Shown here: piece by piece, positions 1 through 12,579 of the stretch
Position numbering within the stretch: position 1 is the first letter of the stretch
How the letters are laid out: each line of letters begins with the position of its first letter
Source of the DNA: Malacoraja senta
Lineage: Eukaryota
DNA: 64,000 nt
Assembly: GCA_038087875.1 (NCBI GenBank)
Contig: CM075988.1
Location: 20,834,001-20,898,000 of the forward strand
Direction: 5' to 3'
Program-made: the position numbers and the translations under genes
The notes under the pieces: generated by a model
What the model was told of the DNA's origin: nothing
The model's database searches: none
What the model saw: the letters and a program-made list of their open reading frames with translations, nothing else

Positions 1-630
1 TAGTCAAGTGTTTATACTATAAAATAAACACATTTTGAATAGAAAAAAATTAGCAAAATGAAAGGCTTTATTATATTTGTGTTTCTACTACTCATTTAGC
101 TGTCTTTGTGTGATTTACAATTTGTTAGCTAATCATGATTGAATGGTATTCACTTGTGACAGAGACCCCATTTATGCTTTATGCACGTTGTTCCATCAGC
201 ACTTTCCATTTCTACAATAAAATTAATTATATTTATCAGCCTAGATTAAAAAAAAAAAACGAGTTGTCATTTTGGCACAGAGAAGTATGCCTTGAGTGTT
301 GGAACAAATTTAACATCTGGTATAACGAGATTTAGGAGAAAAACAACAGCCTTATTGACCTAGTTATTTTCCATCTGATGCAAACAAAGTATTATAAAAC
401 TCGAAACATAAGGTGGAAAAAAACCTCCCAAAGTACGTCTTTGCAGAATAATGGAGTCAAAATGACTCCAATGGAACTTTTGATATGACTATACCCAGCT
501 GGTACTGATCAAAGCTGTGAGACAACTGGTGGACTGCTGTGAAGATGATTTTTAAGAAGCCTTCCAACAAAAGTATATTTTGACATGTTGTAAGTTAGTT
601 GCTTTATTATACATCCATAGAAAAGCCAAA

Positions 631-1039
631 GACAGACAGAAATAACTCGAGCAACTCAGCAGGTCATGCAGCATCTCTGGAGAATAGGAATATGTGACAT
701 TTCGGATTGAGACCCTTCTTCACAGAGAGATGGGGAAAGGGGAATGAGAGATAGAGGCAGTATTTGGGACAAATGAATGGAAGATATGCCGAAAGCAATG
801 ATAAGGAAATGTGGAGCCCACAATGGTCCATTGTTGGCTATGGAATAGGTGAAAATGAGTTAATACAAACAGTGCAACAACAGGATGACAGTAAAACTAG
901 TATGACATCTCTTTTCCCCTGACTCTGTCTGAAGAAGGGTCTCGATCTGAAACATCACCTTTTCTCCAGACCCGCTGAGTTACTCCAGTTTTTTGTGCCT
1001 GTCTTCGGTTCAGACCAGCATCTGCTGTTCCTCCCTGCG
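631..1039. mobile_element. Penelope-like (PLE) derived insertion with inverted pseudo-LTR arms
   Basis: Minus-orientation pLTR segment joined to a plus-orientation copy (ctgaagaagggtctcgatctgaaacatc...cagcatctgc); 15-bp TSD catagaaaagccaaa at 616-630 and 1040-1054. Confidence 0.8.
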
Positions 1040-1084
1040 CATAGAAAAGCCAAACTCAATGGATGGGGTGTTTTTTGATCGAAA

Positions 1085-1380
1085 GATACAGCGTGGAAAC
1101 AGGCCATTCTGTCCACTGAGTCCACGCTGACCATCGATCACCCATTCACACTAGTTCCATGTTGTCCCACTTTCTCATCCACTCACTGCACACATGGACA
1201 ATTGACGGAGGGCCAATTAACTTCCAAACTCACACGGCTTTGGGATGAAACCAGAGCACCAGGGGGGAACCCACAGTCACGAGGAGAGTGTGCAAACTCC
1301 ATGCACACAGCATCCAAGGTTAGAATCAAACTTGGGTCTCTGGTGCTGTGAGTCCTGGGTCTCTGGTGCTGCGCCACCAC
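1085..1380 (-). mobile_element. HE1-like V-SINE, degraded
   Basis: Reverse complement has tRNA-like head remnant, V-domain (ggagtttgcacactctcctcgtgac) and CR1-type tail (ggcctgtttccacgctgtatc). Confidence 0.8.
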
Positions 1381-1483
1381 ATTGTATATGAGTTATACAA
1401 TGTGGTGGCGCAGAAAATAAAGCTGCAAGTGGTCTGGTTCCACTCGTTCACTTTGTTGCCAGGAAATCTTTAATAAACACGTC

Positions 1484-1651
1484 TAATTATTATTAAAGGT
1501 GGTACGAAGAACTGCAGATGTTGGTTTATTCAAAAAAGGCACATTGTGCTGGAGTGATGCTGCATGACCTGCTGAGTTACTCCAGCACTTTGTGTCTTTT
1601 TTTGAATAAACCAACATCTGCAGTTCCTTGTACCTCCTTTAATAATAATTA
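1484..1651. mobile_element. Palindromic PLE-derived element
   Basis: About 72-bp inverted arms 1484-1555 / 1579-1651 built from the pLTR end (gaactgcagatg...gctggagt). Confidence 0.75.
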
Positions 1652-2384
1652 ATTTGTTTTGCTTCCCACCCTCATCCATGACACTGAAATTTCTCTAATT
1701 TATTCCTCATCTACTTCTTGTCTGCATACTGCTCCTTGATGTCATCATGCCTAGACACATACATTATAGACATTGGGTCCTATACTATCTTCTCTGAGGT
1801 TTGACAGATGCTGAGTGGAAAAGTCTGAAGCTAGGGGACATAATGCCAGATAAGTACCTCACTCATTTAGTTCAGTTTAGAGATACAGTGTGGAAACAGG
1901 CCAGTCGGCCCACCGAGTCCGTGACGACCAACGACTACCCGTACACTTGTTCTATTCTACAACCAGGGACAATTTACAGAAGCCAACGAACCTACAAACC
2001 TGCACGTCTTTGGAATTTAAAAAAGAGGTGAGAAGTATTCCTTTTAACAGTGGGTTGCAAATCGTTAGTGTGGTCGACATCAGAGAGCAGTGGAGGCTGA
2101 ATTTGTTCAAGGCTGGGACAGATTTTTGGAGAGTATAGCTAAAGCCGAGATTTGGTCAGCCATGAAGATACAAGAAACTGGAGGTGCTGGTTTACAACAA
2201 CAAAAAAGACAGTGCTGGAGTAACTCAGCGACTCAGGTGCAGTCTGACCCACTGAGATACTCCAGGTCTTTGGGTCTTGTTATCTGGTCAGTCATGATGT
2301 TCTGACTGAGGGGCATGCTTGCCAGGGTTGTACAATCCTCTTTACATCTTATCCTTTATGATCTCTTGTGAAATTTGTGACGGG

Positions 2385-2780
2385 TTAAAGACTTGTCCCA
2401 TCCTGTCACTCCTCCTTGCTGCTCCCATCCAGCAGAAGGTACAGAAGCTATAAAGTGCCCACTGCCAGACGCAGTTACAGCAACTCCTCTGTTATCAGGC
2501 TTCTGAATGGTCCTTCTGTACGCTGGGGTACTTTCCAATTCACCCTTATCCCATTGAGGTCTAAGGAAGTGATGCACTGCAATCCACAACATTTCTGAGA
2601 ACCATATTCTGCACTCTGAAACTTCACTGTTTCTCTTATCTGTTGTAATTGTGTTTGAACTGATTGTATCTATGTAGTGTATATCTGATCTGTTTGGTTA
2701 GCATGCAAATCAAAGCTTTTCACTGTACCTCAGTACATGTGACAATGTTAAACCTAAACCTCAACCTAAAGCTAAACCTA
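2385..2780 (+). mobile_element. Rex1/Babar-like LINE 3' fragment, old
   Basis: LLPSSRRYRS...SVIRLLN C-terminus, 3' UTR with ctgtacctcagtaca tgtgacaat and (aaacct)n tail. Confidence 0.75.
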
Positions 2781-3739
2781 TTGAGGGCACAGAGGAAGAG
2801 TTCAGGCCAGATTAGATCAGCCATGATCAATAGGATGGTGGGGAAGGCTTAAGGGACTGAGTGGCTTTCTCCTGATTTCCTCCTGGTCCTTAAGATCGTG
2901 CAACCTCTCTCAACTTGCCTCTTCAATTCTGGTGCTGGGAACACATTTATATCTTTACCTGTTGATGTTTATCTGCCACCATTCCACCATCATTTAACCT
3001 CCTCTCCTTTTCTGCCCCTCCATCATAAGGTCAGCCATGATAAAGGTCAGCCATAAGATGATCAGCCATGATCACATTGAATGGCGGGTGCTGGCTCAAA
3101 GGGCCGAATGGCCTACTCCTGCGCCTATTGTCTATTGTCATAGGGGAGTAGAAGTGGATCATTCGGCCCATCAAGCCTACTCCACCATTCAATCATGGCT
3201 GATCTATCTCTCCCACCTAGCCCCATTCTCCTGCCTTCTCCCCATAACCTCTGACACGTGCACTAATCAAGAATCTATCTATCTCTATCCACGGACATCA
3301 ACCTCTCCAGAGAGTAACAAACCTGACAGCCTTCCATGATTCCTGAAAAATTGCGCCTCGTTCCAGATTTCCACTTTAGTGGAATTTTCTCGTTGCATCT
3401 CATTCTAATTTGAAAATTTTCCAGTGTTCCTTTTATATACACATAGTAACCCAAAGACAAGAAGGAACACACTGATGTATTGGAGCAAGGAACTCTGCCA
3501 GAAATGAGAGGACTTTCTTTCCTATCCCTGATGTTGAATTTTCCCAAATCTCTTTGGGAGTAATCCTCATGCACAAGAATGACAGCATCCTTTGTGCAGA
3601 GCTGAACTACTTTAGCAGCAGAACCATTTTACTGTGGGAACTTTCCTAAGATATCATTCTCGCCTCCTATCTCTACATTGATTGCAGTCTTTTTCATGTT
3701 TCTTGCTGGATCTTGTATTCATGATGAAACCAAAATGTA

Positions 3740-3877
3740 TAAAAATACCCTTTAATAAAATCTGACAATGTGCACTTTAACCACATATGATTTTTCTATT
3801 ACAAATCTCAAGTTGTGGAGTACAGAGACAAATAAATAAATGATGGGTCTTTGTCCCAAACATTATGGAGGGCACTG
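3740..3877. mobile_element. Tc1/mariner-type terminal inverted repeat fragment
   Basis: Ends ...cccaaacattatggagggcactg followed by TA (reverse complement TA-CAGTGCCCTCCATAATG, a Tc1-like terminus); partner end not seen. Confidence 0.7.
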
Positions 3878-3971
3878 TATAGGGAATGGTTGGATATGGA
3901 TCACATGCAGCAGAGAATGATGAGGCTGAATTATGTTAAAAATATAAGAAAATATTAAATGAATTCCTGGG

Positions 3972-4009
3972 TACACAAAAATGCTGGAGAAACCCTTCTT
4001 CAGACTGCG
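3972..4009 (-). mobile_element. 38-bp internally deleted PLE-derived element
   Basis: tacacaaaaatgctggagaaac fused to ccttcttcagac through gaaac microhomology; 15-bp TSD aaatgaa(t/a)tcctggg at 3957-3971 and 4010-4024. Confidence 0.7.
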
Positions 4010-4155
4010 AAATGAAATCCTGGGCCAGCTTACAACTTATATTTTAGTCTCAAAGCAGGCTTTACTCCAGGAGATCGATACAGAAAGGCAAGTCTAGGTT
4101 TGCCTCGGGTTGCTGTGTATTAAGATAATGAATGACTTTAAAATTCGTCTACCAT

Positions 4156-4604
4156 TTCAATTCAATTCAATTCAATTCAATTCAACTTTAATGTCATTGC
4201 ACAAATACTGAGTATGGGTACAACGAAATGCAGTTTTGCGTCAGTCCGTAGTAGTAGTGCAATATAGAAATTTAAAAAAAAAGAGGATACAGAATAATCA
4301 AAAATACAGAATAATTAACAATGGGGACGGAGGGACCGGAGGAATCTATCGGCGGGACTCCGAGTTCAGCAATGCGACGGTATAATTGTAGAAGCTGTTC
4401 CTCATCCTACTGGTACGAGACCTGAGGCTCCTGTACCGCCTCCCTGATGGGAGGAGGGCAAACAGTCCATGGTTGGGGTGGGAGGGGTCTTTAATGATCT
4501 TCCCAGCCCGTTTCAGACACCGTTTTCGGTGGAGGGCATCCATGGCAGGGAGCGGGGCACCGATGATGTGCTGCGCGGTTTTCACCACCCGTTGTAGTGC
4601 CTTT
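4156..4604 (-). mobile_element. Rex1/Babar-like LINE 3' fragment (second family)
   Basis: ORF 4346-4588 VKTAQHIIG...IIKDPSHPNHGLFALLPSGRRYRS; (ttgaa)n tail at 4156-4185. Confidence 0.85.
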
Positions 4605-4650
4605 GACGAGAGAGGAAGCCCAGATTAATCCCAGTAAGGGGTATTGAGAT

Positions 4651-4812
4651 AATGTCCGATGCCTTTAATATGTAAAATACCTTGTGCCAAATGTCCGATG
4701 CCTTTGAGGTATGCAGTGACTGATGACTTTGATATGCAAGTATCTTGTACCAAATGTCCGATGCCTTTGATATGTAAAGTCCTTGTACCATATGACAAGA
4801 TGCCTTTGATGT
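4651..4812. repeat. About 38-39-bp minisatellite, roughly 4.5 units
   Basis: Unit aatgtccgatgcctttgatatgtaaagtccttgtacca starts at 4651, 4690, 4753, 4791. Confidence 0.85.
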
Positions 4813-5260
4813 GACGAAACAACTCAGACGCATCCTGTAGTAACCTTTATTCTCTGTACCTCTGACCATGACTAATGGTTGTGGAATGTGCTAAGGTGAC
4901 AAAAAAACACTATATAATACCATGTAATTCTGTTGTTCAGAGAAGTGGACTGAGGACAGCCAAGTGAAAGTATTGCTCACTTGACTGGGGTTTCCTTGCC
5001 ACATCCATCGGCCGATAATAAGTAAAATTTTGAACTGGTCTACCAACCGTATTGTAAGTTGTCTGTTTATTAAGAAGCGAACCTGCTTGATTGTTATAAA
5101 AGTAACATTTTCAAGAAGATTTGTTTATCTTGGCATCATCAGGATCCAATGCGCATCTTGGAGGGAGTTGTATGGGAAAGCTTTGAAGGCTGATTGAAGA
5201 TACAAACCAGAAAGCCTTTGTGCTGAGTATGACAGAGGGTGGTAATACACCACCAATACA

Positions 5261-5613
5261 GCACCTCATATTTCGCTTGGGCAGCTTACACCCCAGCGGT
5301 ATGATTATTGACCCCTCTAATGTCATGTAACCCTTGCTTTCCATCCCTCCCACTTCCTAGTTCTCTGACCAGTCTGACCATCCCCCTAAATGTTCTCTGC
5401 ATGCTTCATTGTCACCTTCGTCTAGCTAATAATGATCTATTCTACATTTTCCTGGGACCTCATCCCCTTTGTATCATTTTCACACCTTACACTTCTTTTT
5501 CTCTGTGTGTCCCTCTCCCCTGACTCTCAGTCTGAAGAAGGATCTCGTCACCCATTCCTTCTATCCAGAGATGCTGCCTGTCCCGTTGAGTTACTCCAAC
5601 ATTTTGTGTCTAG
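5261..5613 (+). mobile_element. PLE 3' fragment (GIY-YIG C-terminus + pLTR)
   Basis: Encodes (Q)HLIFRLGSLHPSGM-I-IDPSN, like the PLE endonuclease end; 10-bp TSD caccaataca at 5251-5260 and 5614-5623. Confidence 0.8.
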
Positions 5614-6231
5614 CACCAATACATTTTTCCAATTGAACAAGACGAAAATGGCATTTCAGATGGGGGACATTTCTTGACATAGAGTACAGAAACAATTGTG
5701 TAGGAAGGAACTGCAGATGCTGGTTTATACCAAAGATAGACATGAAATGCTGGAGTAACTCAGCGGGACAGGCAGCATTCGCCAGAGATGCTGCCTGTCC
5801 TGCAGAGTTACTCCAGCATTTTGTATCTGTACAGAAAGATTTATTCATTGAGAACTGCTCAATTGTTTGCTTCTATTTATTGTTGCTCGTCGCATCCTGA
5901 GGAGGGATGCCTTCCAGTTTTAAGGATTGTTTTACGAAAGAGCTGCTGTTATGTGAATGATTTTATGGAACTTACTCACATTTTCAGAATGACCCTTTTT
6001 TTTAAAAACCCAATGGCTTAGATTTGCATTGAGATCATAAGTAGATAGGAAATGGGAACAGGAGTCAGTCCATCGGCCACTCGAGCCTGCTTTGCCATTC
6101 ATTCAGGTCATGGCAGATCAATATAGGTCTTAACAGTTTTTTTCCACAGTCTTATACCCCATAACTCCTCGTGGTTCAAATTTTGCCTTTAATATATTCA
6201 CAATCTCCACCTCCACTTACCCCCTTTCGGA

Positions 6232-6822
6232 AGGCACAGTGCGCAGCGGTACAGCTGCTGCCTTACATCGCCAGAGACCCGGGTTCGATACTGACCATGG
6301 GTGCTGTCTACTGAGTTTGCACGTTCTCCGTGACCGTGCGGGTTTTCTCTGGGTGTTCCGGTTTTCTCTCCCACACTCCAAAGACGTGCGGGTTTGTAGG
6401 TTAATTGGCTTCTGTAAATTGTCCCCAGTGTGTAGGATCGAACTAGTCAAGTTCAAATTTATTTGTCACATGCACCATAAGGTGCAGTGAAATGTAATTT
6501 ACCGTGCGGCGTTACAGTTAAAAAAGGACACAATACACAACATAATTCAACACAAACATCCACCACAGCATTCTTCACTGTGGTGGAAGGCAATACAGTT
6601 CAGACAATCCTCCTCCTCCCTTGTTCACCCGTGGTCGGGGCCCTGACCCTCCGTAGTCGCCGCTATGGACGGCCCGACGTTCAAGCCCTCTGGTCGGGAT
6701 GGTCGGAATGCCGACGTCGGGACAGGTCGAGCACACCCCGCGGCCTGGTGAGCACTGGTTGGCATGGACTCAGTGGGCCGAAGGGACTGTTTCCATGCAG
6801 TATCTCTAAACTAAACTAAACC
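6232..6822 (+). mobile_element. HE1-like V-SINE interrupted by an insertion at 6447-6746
   Basis: Head with B-box gggttcgatac, V-domain, resumes at 6747 and ends with (taaac)n. Confidence 0.85.
6447..6746 (-). mobile_element. GC-rich non-autonomous retroposon fragment with Rex1-type 3' end
   Basis: Reverse strand ends ...tttcactgcaccttatggtgcatgtgacaaataaa; 10-bp hairpin 6559-6587; related to 38605-39975. Confidence 0.55.
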
Positions 6823-8115
6823 TCTCCTCTCCCTAGAAGTTCAGTAAACTGAAGAAGTCTGAGGAAGGGTCCTGACCCAAAACGCCACCTATCCCTTTTC
6901 TCCAGAGATGCTGCCTGACCCACTGAGTTCCTCCAGCACTTTGTATCTATCTTTGATATAAACCAACATCTGCAATTCTTTGTTTCTATATAAAAAAGCA
7001 TACGGATATGGAACACGTGTAGGCAGTGCAGATTAGTTTAACATGGCATTATGTTCGGCATGGACATTATGGTCAAAGGGCCTGTTTCTGTGCTGCGTCG
7101 TTCTATGATCTCTCTAGTAATCACTTTTGCGTATCAAGGTGCGGTAGATATTCTGTGGTCAATTGCAGATAGCTGGAATATGTCTGACATATGTCTGACA
7201 TAGCCACTTTGACCTTCACTGTGGCTGAGGATGTGCCTGGAAGGTGTTGAGTACATCAGTAAGGCTTCCCTTAATGAAGTGCATGTGATTCACATATTAA
7301 GGTCCATGAAGACGTATTATCCCCGGAAGCCCCCCACGATGTGTCATCCCTCCCGTTTTCCTCCTATTCCAGCAGACCTTCCTGCACCATTTGCCCTCTG
7401 CTCACTCACTCTCACTCACGGAAACTAGTGGCAAACTAATGAAGCAGCTTCTGACATTATTATTAAGTGTCAAACATGTTCAATCTCTAATCCTTTGTGA
7501 CTTGACGAAAATAAGAAATTAGTCAACTCTGACTGCCGTGGATTTAAATTTAAATCCAGAGTTGGGGAACATTAATCTAATGCAGGTGGAGATTCTTAAT
7601 GAGAAAATCTCAGTGGCAGACAAGACTTCCTTATATCTGATTATTTTCAGTTGTATGTATGAAATAAAACCTTTAATGAACTAAATTATCACTTGCTTTT
7701 CCTATCAACGCATGGATTTGATTATCTCTGTGTAAATGGAAAGGAAAGGCAATGAAAACCATCTCATCTTCAAAACCTACTGAGCTACCAAATGTATCTG
7801 TGTTAACTTGCTTTTATAATTGTGCGTCAGCATGGCTGAATTGTTAGACTGCTGTCTCTGAGTTTGCAGATTTAACTGGAGAATATGTTCCAGACGGAGA
7901 CTTCAGTGCAGTACCACATATTAACAGTCCTAACCCGTGAGAGCATAACTTAGCATGCGTCTCTCAACTAATAACTGCTTGCTCAGCTGCATTGTAAATG
8001 TCGAGAAGGATGAGTCAAGAGAAGAGACAAAAGTGTCAAGAGAATTTAATATGTACCAGCAAAGGCACAATTAAATTCTTACTTGCGGCAGCTTAACTGG
8101 CCTGTAAATGTAATA

Positions 8116-8395
8116 TGTAGAGTTGCTGCTTTACAGCGCCAGAGACCTGGGTTCGATCCTGACTACGGGTGCTTGTCCGTACAGAGTTTGCACTTTCTCC
8201 CTGTGATCTCCCATATTCCAAAGACGTATGTGTTTGTAGGTTAATTGCCCTCTGTAAATTGTCCCTTAGTTCAGTTTATTATTTTTTTTAAACCAAACTA
8301 AGAGACTGACCCTAATGTATAGGATAGAAGTAGTCTACAGTTGAACGATGTTCGGCATGGACTAGGTGGGCCGAAGGGTCGGTTTCTCTAAATTA
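8116..8395 (+). mobile_element. HE1-like V-SINE
   Basis: gtagagttgctgc...gggttcgatcc, V-domain, CR1-type tail. Confidence 0.8.
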
Positions 8396-9574
8396 AAGTT
8401 GAGATTTGAGTTGAGGTTCAGACCTGATGTTTGTGGGATGAAGCTATTCATTGAACCTGGTGGTTATAGTTTGATTTGCATGCTATCCAGGCAAATCATG
8501 CTACATATATCATACCGTATATAAACAGGGAACACAATATAGTGGAAAAAAGGACCGCAGATAATTGTTTATACCAAAGGAAGACACAAGGTGCTGGAGT
8601 AGCTCAGCTGGTCAGGCAGCATCTCTGAAGAAAAAGAGTGAGTGATGTTTTGGGTCAGGACACCTCTTCGTCCTAAGGTTAATCCATAGCTCTGAAACAG
8701 AGCATACAGCATTCTCATACGTCTCTTTGGTAAAACAATCTTGCCTGTAAGTTCTCTTTTTTTATCCCCCAGGGACTATACATTGCAGTGGTCCCTGATT
8801 ATGTTGGCTGCTTTCCCGAGGCAGCATGAGGCATAGATGGAGTCGATGGGATGGGGCGAGGCCAGTTTGTGTTATGGACTGGGCTGTGTTCACAACTCTC
8901 TCATTAGTTTGATTAATAGATTCGTTTAAACTTGGCAAAGCTCAGGGCAGCTTTCAGCTGGCAATCATCATTTATCAACTAATTTGGAACTGCCAACTTT
9001 AGGCTGTTTTATATGGATTATAACTGGAGGCTTGCTCCTTCAGATTCATTTAAGTTGTGCGTTATTAGATTGTAATGGATGCTATAAAGCAAAGTCTAGT
9101 CATGTGGTATAAAAACACAAAAATATATCAAACTGTCAATTTTGTCTCATTTCCCACAGATGCGCTTTGACCTGTTAAGTGTTACCAGCATTTTCTGCTT
9201 TTATGTTAGATTTCCAGGATATGAAGATTTAGTTGATTTTCAAAGTCATGTTGGATTTACATCCTGACTGTATCACACACATTAGTTGGACTAAAACAAG
9301 AGTTAATTGAAACATTGAGATTAATCAGTGATATTAAATTCCTTATGCAAGACTGTTTAGAAATCAGACAAAATATGTAGGATGCTGGTGGTGTACACTG
9401 AAGATAGACACAAAATGCTGGAGTAACGCAGTGGGACAGGCAGCATCTCTGGAGAAAATGATGGGTGACATTTCGGGTCTCAAGAGATGCAGCCTGTCCC
9501 ACTGAGTTACTCCAGCATTTTGTGTCTATCTGAGAAATCATGCAATCTGTTTAGCAAATATTTCGAACACAACA

Positions 9575-9800
9575 GAGTTGTGAGTGTGGAATTCTCTGCC
9601 TCAGAGGGCGGTGGAGGCAGGTTCTCTGGATGCTTTCAAGAGAGAGCTAGATAGGGCTCTTAAAGATAGCAGAGTCAGGGGATATGGGGAGAAGGCAGGA
9701 ACAGGGTACTGATTGGGGATGATCAGCCATGATCACATTGAATGGCGGTGCTGGCTCGAAGGGCTGAATGGCCTACTCCTGCACCTATTGTCCATTGTCT
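9575..9800 (+). mobile_element. CR1/HER1-like LINE 3' end
   Basis: VWNSLPQRAVEAGSLDAFKRELDRAL and 3' UTR gatcagccatgatcacattgaatggcggtgctggctcgaaggg. Confidence 0.9.
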
Positions 9801-10069
9801 AATCCACAGCTAATCCTACACAATGTTGGTGAAGACGACTAAGGAAGGTTATATGGTAAAGGTTGTTAAGTTTCTTTTCTCAGCCCATGAAGATCATTCC
9901 TTTGTAAATTCCTTTGCCTCCAAATATCTACGATTATCTTAAATGAAGCTTGAACTCAATTGGATGAACAATAAACAACTTACTAAACTTCAAAACAAAA
10001 TTAAAAAATGTCAACAACTTTGTTCTTATTTTCCAACCCAGCCACATCCTCGGTGTCTAGTACTGACTT

Positions 10070-10230
10070 TCTTGATCTCTCTCTTTCTTTCTTGCACCTC
10101 CCTCTCCCTCTCCCTCTCCCTCCCCCTCTTTCTCTCTCCCCCTCTTTCTCTCCCTCTCCCTCTCTCCCCCTCTCTGTCTCCATGTCTCTCTCGGTCTCTC
10201 TCTCTCTGTGTCGCTGTCTCTCCCTGTCTC
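10070..10230. repeat. CT-rich polypyrimidine low-complexity tract
   Basis: (ctccct)n / (ct)n runs. Confidence 0.9.
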
Positions 10231-10280
10231 TGAATCTGGCATTGGACAATTAAATAACATCAAGATAAGAAATAGCTCAG

Positions 10281-10444
10281 AAGATAGACAAAATGCTGGA
10301 GTTACTCAGCTGGTCAGGTAGCATCTCTGGAAAAAAGGTGGAGTGTGAAGAAGGGTCTCGACCTGAAAAGTCATCTGTTCCTTTTCTCCAGAGATGCTGC
10401 CTGATCTGCTGATTTTGTGTCTATCTTCGGTGTAAACCAGTATC
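10281..10444. mobile_element. Palindromic PLE-derived element
   Basis: 16-bp TSD ataagaaatagctcag at 10265-10280 and 10445-10460; inverted pLTR arms. Confidence 0.8.
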
Positions 10445-10896
10445 ATAAGAAATAGCTCAGCTCCATACCTACGACCATAGAAAAGTACGTGCTGGAACGA
10501 TGTATCGACACCTCTAAAAAGTTAAATGTCATTATTTCATTTTCCGGCAACATAACATATGTCTGTTAATGGTGCATCCCAACACCTTTCTGTGGACAAT
10601 AATACACCTGCACATATTCTGATCTGACATTTCAAACAACGCACCTTTGGAACTGTATCACAGTTCCCCAGGAGAATGTAAATTGTACATTCTGGGTAGA
10701 GTTGTAAATTGATGTTGTTGGTTGGAGATTGTAATTTGGCAGTATGAAGTACTCTTGCAAGCGCTCAATGGACAATTTCTGTACAATTGCTAATCGGGGA
10801 TGGTATAGTGATACTCTACTGGACTGTTTAATAGAAAATAACTTCACTGTGTGTTTGCAATTCGCACATGTCACAATAAAGCACGTTTGAACCATT

Positions 10897-11057
10897 CGGG
10901 TCAAGACCCTTCTTTACACTGAAGTCTGAAGAAGGGTCTCGAACTGAAACGTCGTCCATTCCTTCTCTCCAGTGATGCTGCCTGTCTCACTGAGTTACTC
11001 CAGTATTTTGTGTCTACCTTTGGTGTAAATCAGCATCTGCAGTTCCTTCCTACACCA
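10897..11057 (+). mobile_element. PLE-derived element with short inverted 5' arm
   Basis: 10-bp TSD ttgaaccatt at 10887-10896 and 11058-11067; ctgaagaagggtctcgaactgaaacgtc core. Confidence 0.8.
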
Positions 11058-11132
11058 TTGAACCATTACTTGAATATTCTTTCAAAAATTACTTTCGACG
11101 TGATTCTCTGCTGAGCTTTTGCTGCTGTTGAT

Positions 11133-11412
11133 CGTAGCATAGAGTTGCTGCCTCACTACGTCAGAGACCCGGGTTCAATCCTGACTACAGGTGCTGTCTG
11201 TACAGACTTTGTATGTTCTCCCTGTGACCACGTAGGTTATCTCCTAGTGCTCTGGTTTCCTCCCACACCCCAAAGAGATACACGTTTGTAGGTTAATTGG
11301 CTTCTGTAAATTGTCCCAAGGGTGTAGGATAGAACTAGTGAATGGGTGATTGCTGGTTGGCACAGACTCGAGCCTATTTCCACACTGCATCTCTGAACTG
11401 AACTAAACTAAA
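11133..11412 (+). mobile_element. HE1-like V-SINE
   Basis: tRNA-like head, V-domain, tail. Confidence 0.85.
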
Positions 11413-11920
11413 ATGATTCTGAACAGCATCAATAACCCTTAACGATCAATAACCACAAAATAAAATTCATTTGGGTTGATTCGACAGTGTTAATCCCTAC
11501 AGCAGTGAAGAACAGCTCGCTCCTCAGCACATTTCTACTTAGGACTTCTGCCAAGGACTGACAAAACTCATGAAGACAGGTGGACTTGGCAAGGCTGCAG
11601 TGCAAAGCTGTAATCACCAGCCTGTCTCCAGGTTTTGTGTGATTTCTTTCTCCCACAGGAGAAGTTCACATAAAATGAGGTAAAATTCAACTAAATATCA
11701 CATCTGTCATGTGTAAAACCATTTCCTCAGTTATTTGTGCTGCCTACCACAACCTAAATAGCATGCGTCAATGAAGTGACTGATGTTTTGGGTACACTTT
11801 GGCCTCCCGACCCCCCTGGTCTGTTCACCCATCCAGCCAATTGATCTACTCCCTGGTATGTAAACTGACACATAAGACATTTGTACGAAGGTACTGGAGA
11901 TGCTGGTTTAAATTGAAGAT

Positions 11921-12579
11921 AGACAATAGATGGAGGAGTGGGCCATTCGGCCCTTTGAGCCAGCACTGCCATTCAATGTGATCATGGCTGATCATCCACA
12001 ATCAGTACCCAGTTCCTGCCTTCTCCCCATATCCCCTGACTCCATTATCTTCAAGAGCCCAATCTAGCTCTCTCTTGAAAATATCCACAGAACCGGCCTC
12101 CACCGCCCTCTGAGGCAGAGAATTTCACAGACTCACAACTCTCTGTGTGAAAAAGTGTTTCATCATCTCCATTCTAAATGGCTTACCCCTTATTCCTAAA
12201 CTGTGGCCCCTGGTTCTGGACTCCCCCAACATCGGGAACATGTTTCCTGCCTCTAGCGTGTCCAAACCCTTAATAATCTTATATGTTTCAATGGGAAACC
12301 CTCTCATCCTTCTAAATTCCAGAGTATACAAGCCCAGCAGCTCCATTCTCTCAGCATATGACAGTCTCGCCACCCCGGGAATTAACCTTGTGAACCTACG
12401 CTGCACTCCCTCAATAGCAAGAATGTCCTTCCTCAAATTTGGGGACCAAAACTGCACAGGTGTGGCCTCACTGGGGCCCTGTATAACTGCAGAAGGACCT
12501 CTTTGCTCCAATACTCAACTCCTCTTGTTATGAAGGCCAACATGCCATTCGCTTTCTTTACTGCCTGCATGAACCTGCA
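11921..12579 (-). mobile_element. CR1/HER1-like LINE 3' part inserted in a PLE remnant
   Basis: ORF 12125-12511 VQFWSPNLRKDILAIEGVQRRFTRLIPG...; PLE sequence on both sides (11882-11924, 12580-12675). Confidence 0.9.

Noticed and set aside
447..589. Possible exon (ttgcag ... gtaagt)
   Set aside because: Stops in all three frames; a non-coding exon cannot be supported without transcripts
4582..4869. 13-aa repeat peptides (HIKGIGHL / SKASDIW)
   Set aside because: Unit lengths of 38, 39 and 63 bp switch frames; better explained as a minisatellite
7539..7558. Perfect 20-bp palindrome tggatttaaatttaaatcca
   Set aside because: Real but AT-rich and isolated; no supporting context
7869..7935. Possible coding exon DLTGEYVPDGDFSAVPHINSPN
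   Set aside because: Weak splice signals and no recognised protein
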